NCBI GenBank assembly: GCA_043803405.1
Contig: JAZDKB010000036.1
Coordinates: forward strand, 64,001-128,000
Reading direction: 5' to 3'
From: Spirochaetota bacterium
GTDB taxonomy: Bacteria > Spirochaetota > UBA4802 > JAFGDQ01
DNA: 64,000 bases
The position numbers and the translations under genes were made by a program. Shown here one piece after another: positions 60,006 to 64,000 of the stretch (positions are counted from its first letter, which is position 1; each line of letters starts with the position of its first letter). A model generated the notes under the pieces. The model ran no database searches, was not told the DNA's origin, and was given only the letters and a program-made list of their open reading frames with translations.

Positions 60006-61628
60006 TTATTTTTTCTTTTTATTCTTCTTTTTGGGGTTTGATCCGCTCTCGGCTTTTTGTATAACAGGTTTTTTTCCGCAGCTATCCCTGAAAGCCTTCA
60101 GAATTTTTTCAGCTTCCGTAAAAGGCACAGTTAAAAACGAATAACTGTCTTTAATCATGACCTCGGTTATTTTGCCTGCCGGCACTTTAGCCTCATTGTT
60201 TATCAGCTTTAAAAGCTTTCTCGGATTTAGCCCGTCCTTTCTTCCGAAGGACACAAACAGCCTTGTCTTTCCCCTGTCTTCAGCGTGATCTTCCCTTGGC
60301 CTGGAGACAACCGCAATTTCCTTGTATTTCTTTTCGTTAAGGATATCTTCGAGAGAATATTTAAGCAGCGCGGCAAGGACATTTACAGGATCATTCTCTT
60401 CTATCATCTGCAAAGCTGTTTCGATATAAGGCTCATGCGAGCCTTCATTTATAAGATCGCTTAAATCCGATTTGATTTGTAATTTTTTTGTATTTATGAT
60501 ATCTGCAATACCGGGAATTTTTTCTTTTCTGATCTTAGTTTTGGTTTCGCTGCTAATGTGCATAAGCTTTCTGTATTCGGACGGGCTGATAAATGTGATC
60601 GCGATTCCTTTCTTCCCCGCGCGGCCTGTTCTGCCTATGCGATGCACATAGGAGTCCGGGTCCTGGGGCAGGGAGTAGTTGATTACGTGAGTCAGGTCCA
60701 TAACGTCTATGCCGCGCGCGGCAACGTCAGTGGCGACAAGTATGCTCACCCTGCGCTTCTTGAACTTGTCGAGAATACGCTCGCGCTGCGCCTGCGACAG
60801 GTCGCCGTGAATGCCCTCTGCCTCGTAACCGCGGTCGATGAGTTTATTGTAGAGCTCATCTACCGACACCTTTGTCCTGCAGAATATCAACCCGTAAAAA
60901 TCATTCTCCACATCTATTATTCTGCAAAGGGATTCGAATTTATCCGAGGGATTCACTTCGAAGTAAATCTGGTCAGTAAGATCAACCGTGAGCTGCTTGT
61001 TCTGAGCTGCAATGACAACGTAATCGCGCATGTATTTTTTCGCGATATTCTTTATCCTGTCCGGCATTGTGGCAGAGAACAGCAAAGTCCTTCTTTGCGG
61101 ATTCGTATGTGAAAGTATATCCTCCACCTCATCTATAAAGCCCATGTTGAGCATCTCGTCTGCTTCATCGAGCACAACGTAATTGACATTGTTAAGCAAA
61201 AGGCTCTTTCTCTTTATGTGGTCCGATATCCTGCCAGGTGTGCCGACAACAACATCGACTCCCTTTTCAAGGCGCCTTAACTGCTCTACCATGGACTGCC
61301 CGCCGTAAATGGGAATTATCTGAAATTTCCTTTTTCCTTTAAACGAGTTAATTTCTTCCGAGACCTGGATGGCAAGCTCTCTTGTGGGTACAAGTATTAG
61401 CGCCTGAACAGCGCCGGCCTTCTTCTGCATTTTTTCTATGAGAGGCAGCCCGAATGCCGCTGTCTTTCCTGTTCCTGTCTGCGCCTGGCCTATGATGTCC
61501 GAGTTTGACGTAAGCAATGCAGGGATTACCTTTTCCTGAATTTCTGTCGGTTCTTCAAATCCCTTTTTCTGCAATTCTTTTAGTATTTCGTCCGAGAGAC
61601 CCAGACTTTTAAACTTTTCGTAATTCAT
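60006..61628 (-). CDS. deaD: DEAD-box RNA helicase with DbpA-type RNA-binding C terminus
   Basis: AQTGTGKT, PTRELA, DEAD, SAT, ARGID, HRIGRTGRAG. Confidence 0.93.
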   Translation of the reverse strand: MNYEKFKSLGLSDEILKELQKKGFEEPTEIQEKVIPALLTSNSDIIGQAQTGTGKTAAFGLPLIEKMQKKAGAVQALILVPTRELAIQVSEEINSFKGKRKFQIIPIYGGQSMVEQLRRLEKGVDVVVGTPGRISDHIKRKSLLLNNVNYVVLDEADEMLNMGFIDEVEDILSHTNPQRRTLLFSATMPDRIKNIAKKYMRDYVVIAAQNKQLTVDLTDQIYFEVNPSDKFESLCRIIDVENDFYGLIFCRTKVSVDELYNKLIDRGYEAEGIHGDLSQAQRERILDKFKKRRVSILVATDVAARGIDVMDLTHVINYSLPQDPDSYVHRIGRTGRAGKKGIAITFISPSEYRKLMHISSETKTKIRKEKIPGIADIINTKKLQIKSDLSDLINEGSHEPYIETALQMIEENDPVNVLAALLKYSLEDILNEKKYKEIAVVSRPREDHAEDRGKTRLFVSFGRKDGLNPRKLLKLINNEAKVPAGKITEVMIKDSYSFLTVPFTEAEKILKAFRDSCGKKPVIQKAESGSNPKKKNKKKK

Positions 61629-61839
61629 TTATCCTTCCTGATTTATAATATTACTATTAATAACAAAAGGCAAGAATACTACAAGCTATTTATATTAGTT
61701 GAAGTTCGTCGATATATGTATGTCCGATATATACTTTGTTAAGCTAAATAGTGTTGCGATTGATGAATAGGTATAATCTTGAATGTTTAAATATTTTACT
61801 ATAGAGACAGCGAGTTTCTATAAGGGGTTGTAGAATAAA

Positions 61840-61896
61840 TCCATGCAGGTGAAGCAAGCGTAAAGGATGATAGATTCACGTAATCACCTGCATGGA
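61840..61896. terminator. Hairpin downstream of gene 61912-62502
   Basis: 13-bp perfect IR TCCATGCAGGTGA / TCACCTGCATGGA. Confidence 0.5.
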
Positions 61897-61911
61897 AATT
61901 TATAATTAATA

Positions 61912-62502
61912 TCAGAAAAGGTACCATGTACAATTAATTCCCAGATAAAGCTGCCATTTGTACGATGAATCCAGCTCCGCATCCCTTGTCTTTGGGAAAT
62001 GCTCGTTCAGCTTGTCAACTATGTCAGGATAATACTGGATACCTGCGCCGATACATAACGCAAAGGTTGTGAATGTAATTTCTCCTGTCCATCCGCCCAT
62101 TATGCCTTTGCCGCCTATTGAATCGTAAAGAGCACCGAGCCGTATTCCATTCTGGAATCTGCTTTGATCGCTATTAATAAATACCACGCAGCTTAAATCG
62201 CTGTGGAACGACATGTCGAATTCCGTTTCAGTAGTTTCACCATCCTCGGTTGTATACATTATCAGCCACGGCAGAGACCCGACTGATCCGTCAATGGCAA
62301 AATGGTTCCACCTTGCTCTCAACATGCCGCCGAATCCGTGCTCTTTAAGCGTTGTAATTCCCAGAGCAAAAGAACGCGGATTGTTTAACTGCTCTGCCTG
62401 AACGGCCGGAGCCGACTCCTGGGCAAAAAGTGTGCTGACTGAAAATAACAAAGCAAAAGCTACGAGCGAACATAAAAATACTTCCTTCAAGATGTTTTTC
62501 AT
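61912..62502 (-). CDS. Putative outer-membrane beta-barrel protein
   Basis: Signal peptide LFA-Q, beta-strands, C-terminal LGINCTWYLF. Confidence 0.6.
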   Translation of the reverse strand: MKNILKEVFLCSLVAFALLFSVSTLFAQESAPAVQAEQLNNPRSFALGITTLKEHGFGGMLRARWNHFAIDGSVGSLPWLIMYTTEDGETTETEFDMSFHSDLSCVVFINSDQSRFQNGIRLGALYDSIGGKGIMGGWTGEITFTTFALCIGAGIQYYPDIVDKLNEHFPKTRDAELDSSYKWQLYLGINCTWYLF

Positions 62503-62595
62503 AATACGCCTCATGAATTTTTTATTATTTTTGAATTTAATTTGTATATCAGACAATACATAGTTTTAAATAAATAAATTACAATTATTTTTTTA

Positions 62596-63315
62596 TTAAA
62601 AATTTTCCATTACATCCCATATTAATCCAGCAAGCACATCACCGCCTGCTTTACTCGGATGCAAATTATCTGTTTTAAAATATTCAGAATGGCCGGCAAA
62701 TTCAGTTGAAGGATTAATAAAATGGAATCTGCTGTCTGTTATCCGGGACGCGATTTCTCCGGCTGCATAGTCCAGGATTGGATTCATGGATGCCATACTG
62801 TTTATTAGATGAGGATAGAATAAGAATATTACATGATCCGCATTATTTAAAAACATTTGCTGTACCAGGCTCTCTGCTGTGTCCACTACGGAATCGATAC
62901 ATTCTTCACAATTGCCGTTAAGGCCATAAGTCATGCAGTCGCTATCGTCAAAAATATCGTTCCCGCCGCCGTTCATAATTACAATTTTAATATTGCTGTC
63001 GATCGATCTTGCATAGGTATATTGCTGTCCGATTGGCATCCCGTAAGATATGTTAAATCCTGTTCCATTCATGTAGTAATGTCTGTAGCTTTCGCCTGAC
63101 AAATTTTCCAGTTCATTCGCAATATATCCGTCCATTGCAAAATATGAATCGCCAATCATTATTACTTCGGAATTTAAGGGCGGATGAGTCTGTGTTCCTG
63201 AGTTGCTGCTGCTACTGCCGCCGCACATGCATACACTTATTGAAAAGATCAGAACAATAAGAAGCACTGATTTGGATTTATGAAGATGTTTGAAAAAATT
63301 AACTAAAGCGTTCAT
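62596..63315 (-). CDS. SGNH/GDSL hydrolase lipoprotein
   Basis: IGDSY, GGGND, DNLHP; Cys + Ser linker; GGAGG RBS before ATG 63315. Confidence 0.88.
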   Translation of the reverse strand: MNALVNFFKHLHKSKSVLLIVLIFSISVCMCGGSSSSNSGTQTHPPLNSEVIMIGDSYFAMDGYIANELENLSGESYRHYYMNGTGFNISYGMPIGQQYTYARSIDSNIKIVIMNGGGNDIFDDSDCMTYGLNGNCEECIDSVVDTAESLVQQMFLNNADHVIFLFYPHLINSMASMNPILDYAAGEIASRITDSRFHFINPSTEFAGHSEYFKTDNLHPSKAGGDVLAGLIWDVMENF

Positions 63316-63343
63316 TTTAAAACCTCCGTTTATTTTTATTATT

Positions 63344-63384
63344 TGCGCATAAGCAGCAGAAGGAGGCGAATCGTCACAAAAAAT
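63344..63384 (-). promoter_or_regulatory. Conserved upstream motif, copy 3
   Basis: Plus strand TAAG-N10-AGGCGAATCGTCACAAAAAAT. Confidence 0.7.
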
Positions 63385-63509
63385 AATTAAAAATTTTAAT
63401 AAAACTATACTCATTATTGACATTCTTAAAAATTTTTTATAAATTAATGTGATTTATTCAAATATCATCTCCTTTATCCAGTTAAAAAATAATAATGAGG
63501 TTTCACTAA

Positions 63510-64000
63510 ATGAAAAAAGAAAATCATTTTTTATGCAAAATAATGCTGCCAGCCATATTTGCTTTCATAAGTTTATCTTGCGGCTCGGATAATAGCTCCG
63601 ATTCAGCACCTAATATTACACAGGGAGGGCAGATAATTGCAGACCATACAGTTGTAGACAGGTATTCGGCAATTCCGCAGGCATATATCGATATCGTTAA
63701 AACATGGCTTGTAGATATAGCTGGTGAATCACATTCCTCCGGATATAGGATAGGAATGGATTTATTAGAAGCACAGGAATCAAAATTTCAGGTAGCAACA
63801 TTTGATAGTTCGATACCATCTATAACATCTTCTGAACTACGTTTAGGAAGGCATGCTTCTGTCGGTGAAGAGGATTTTTATACAAATACAGCAGCAATAA
63901 CTACAATAAAGAATAAAATTACAAGTCAGCATAATGCAGGTAATCCTATTCATGTTTTAGGTTTTGGCTGGTGTTGGGATATGACATGGACAAATGACCC
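63510..64000 (+). CDS. Hypothetical lipoprotein, runs off the window
   Basis: Not in the ORF track. Manual translation, open to the window end: MKKENHFLCKIMLPAIFAFISLSCGSDNSS...IIADHT...IPQAYIDIVK...AGESHSSG...FGWCWDMTW. Confidence 0.8.
   Translation, partial: MKKENHFLCKIMLPAIFAFISLSCGSDNSSDSAPNITQGGQIIADHTVVDRYSAIPQAYIDIVKTWLVDIAGESHSSGYRIGMDLLEAQESKFQVATFDSSIPSITSSELRLGRHASVGEEDFYTNTAAITTIKNKITSQHNAGNPIHVLGFGWCWDMTWTND

Overview
A 64-kb chromosomal segment of an AT-rich, probably anaerobic diderm bacterium. A spirochaete-like host carrying Desulfobacterota-like metabolic genes is my inference from gene content, not a database result. About 52 CDSs are supportable; I see no rRNA, tRNA, CRISPR array, transposase or prophage. 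The main feature is a 13-gene lipid/polyketide biosynthetic cluster (16205-29779). It encodes a phytoene-desaturase-like FAD oxidoreductase, a cobalamin-dependent radical SAM enzyme, a polysaccharide deacetylase, a hotdog dehydratase, an ACP, two tandem paralogous radical SAM enzymes, two FabF ketosynthases, a thioesterase, a PKS-type dehydratase/PPTase fusion, PlsY and a hydrolase. It mixes ladderane-candidate and aryl-polyene/flexirubin-type parts. Possible satellite genes (AMP-ligase, stand-alone FabD/AT, aromatic ammonia-lyase) lie 11-17 kb further on. Other notable items: a soluble sensory [FeFe]-hydrogenase fused to a chemoreceptor domain; three copies of a fixed-spacing promoter-like motif ahead of secreted/outer-membrane genes; a phased 6 x 22-bp palindromic array upstream of the lipid cluster; several REP/MITE-like intergenic inverted repeats; an MNT-HEPN toxin-antitoxin pair; a DtxR-FeoA/FeoB operon with a visible operator; and a beta-oxidation operon with a thiolase/DUF35 pair.
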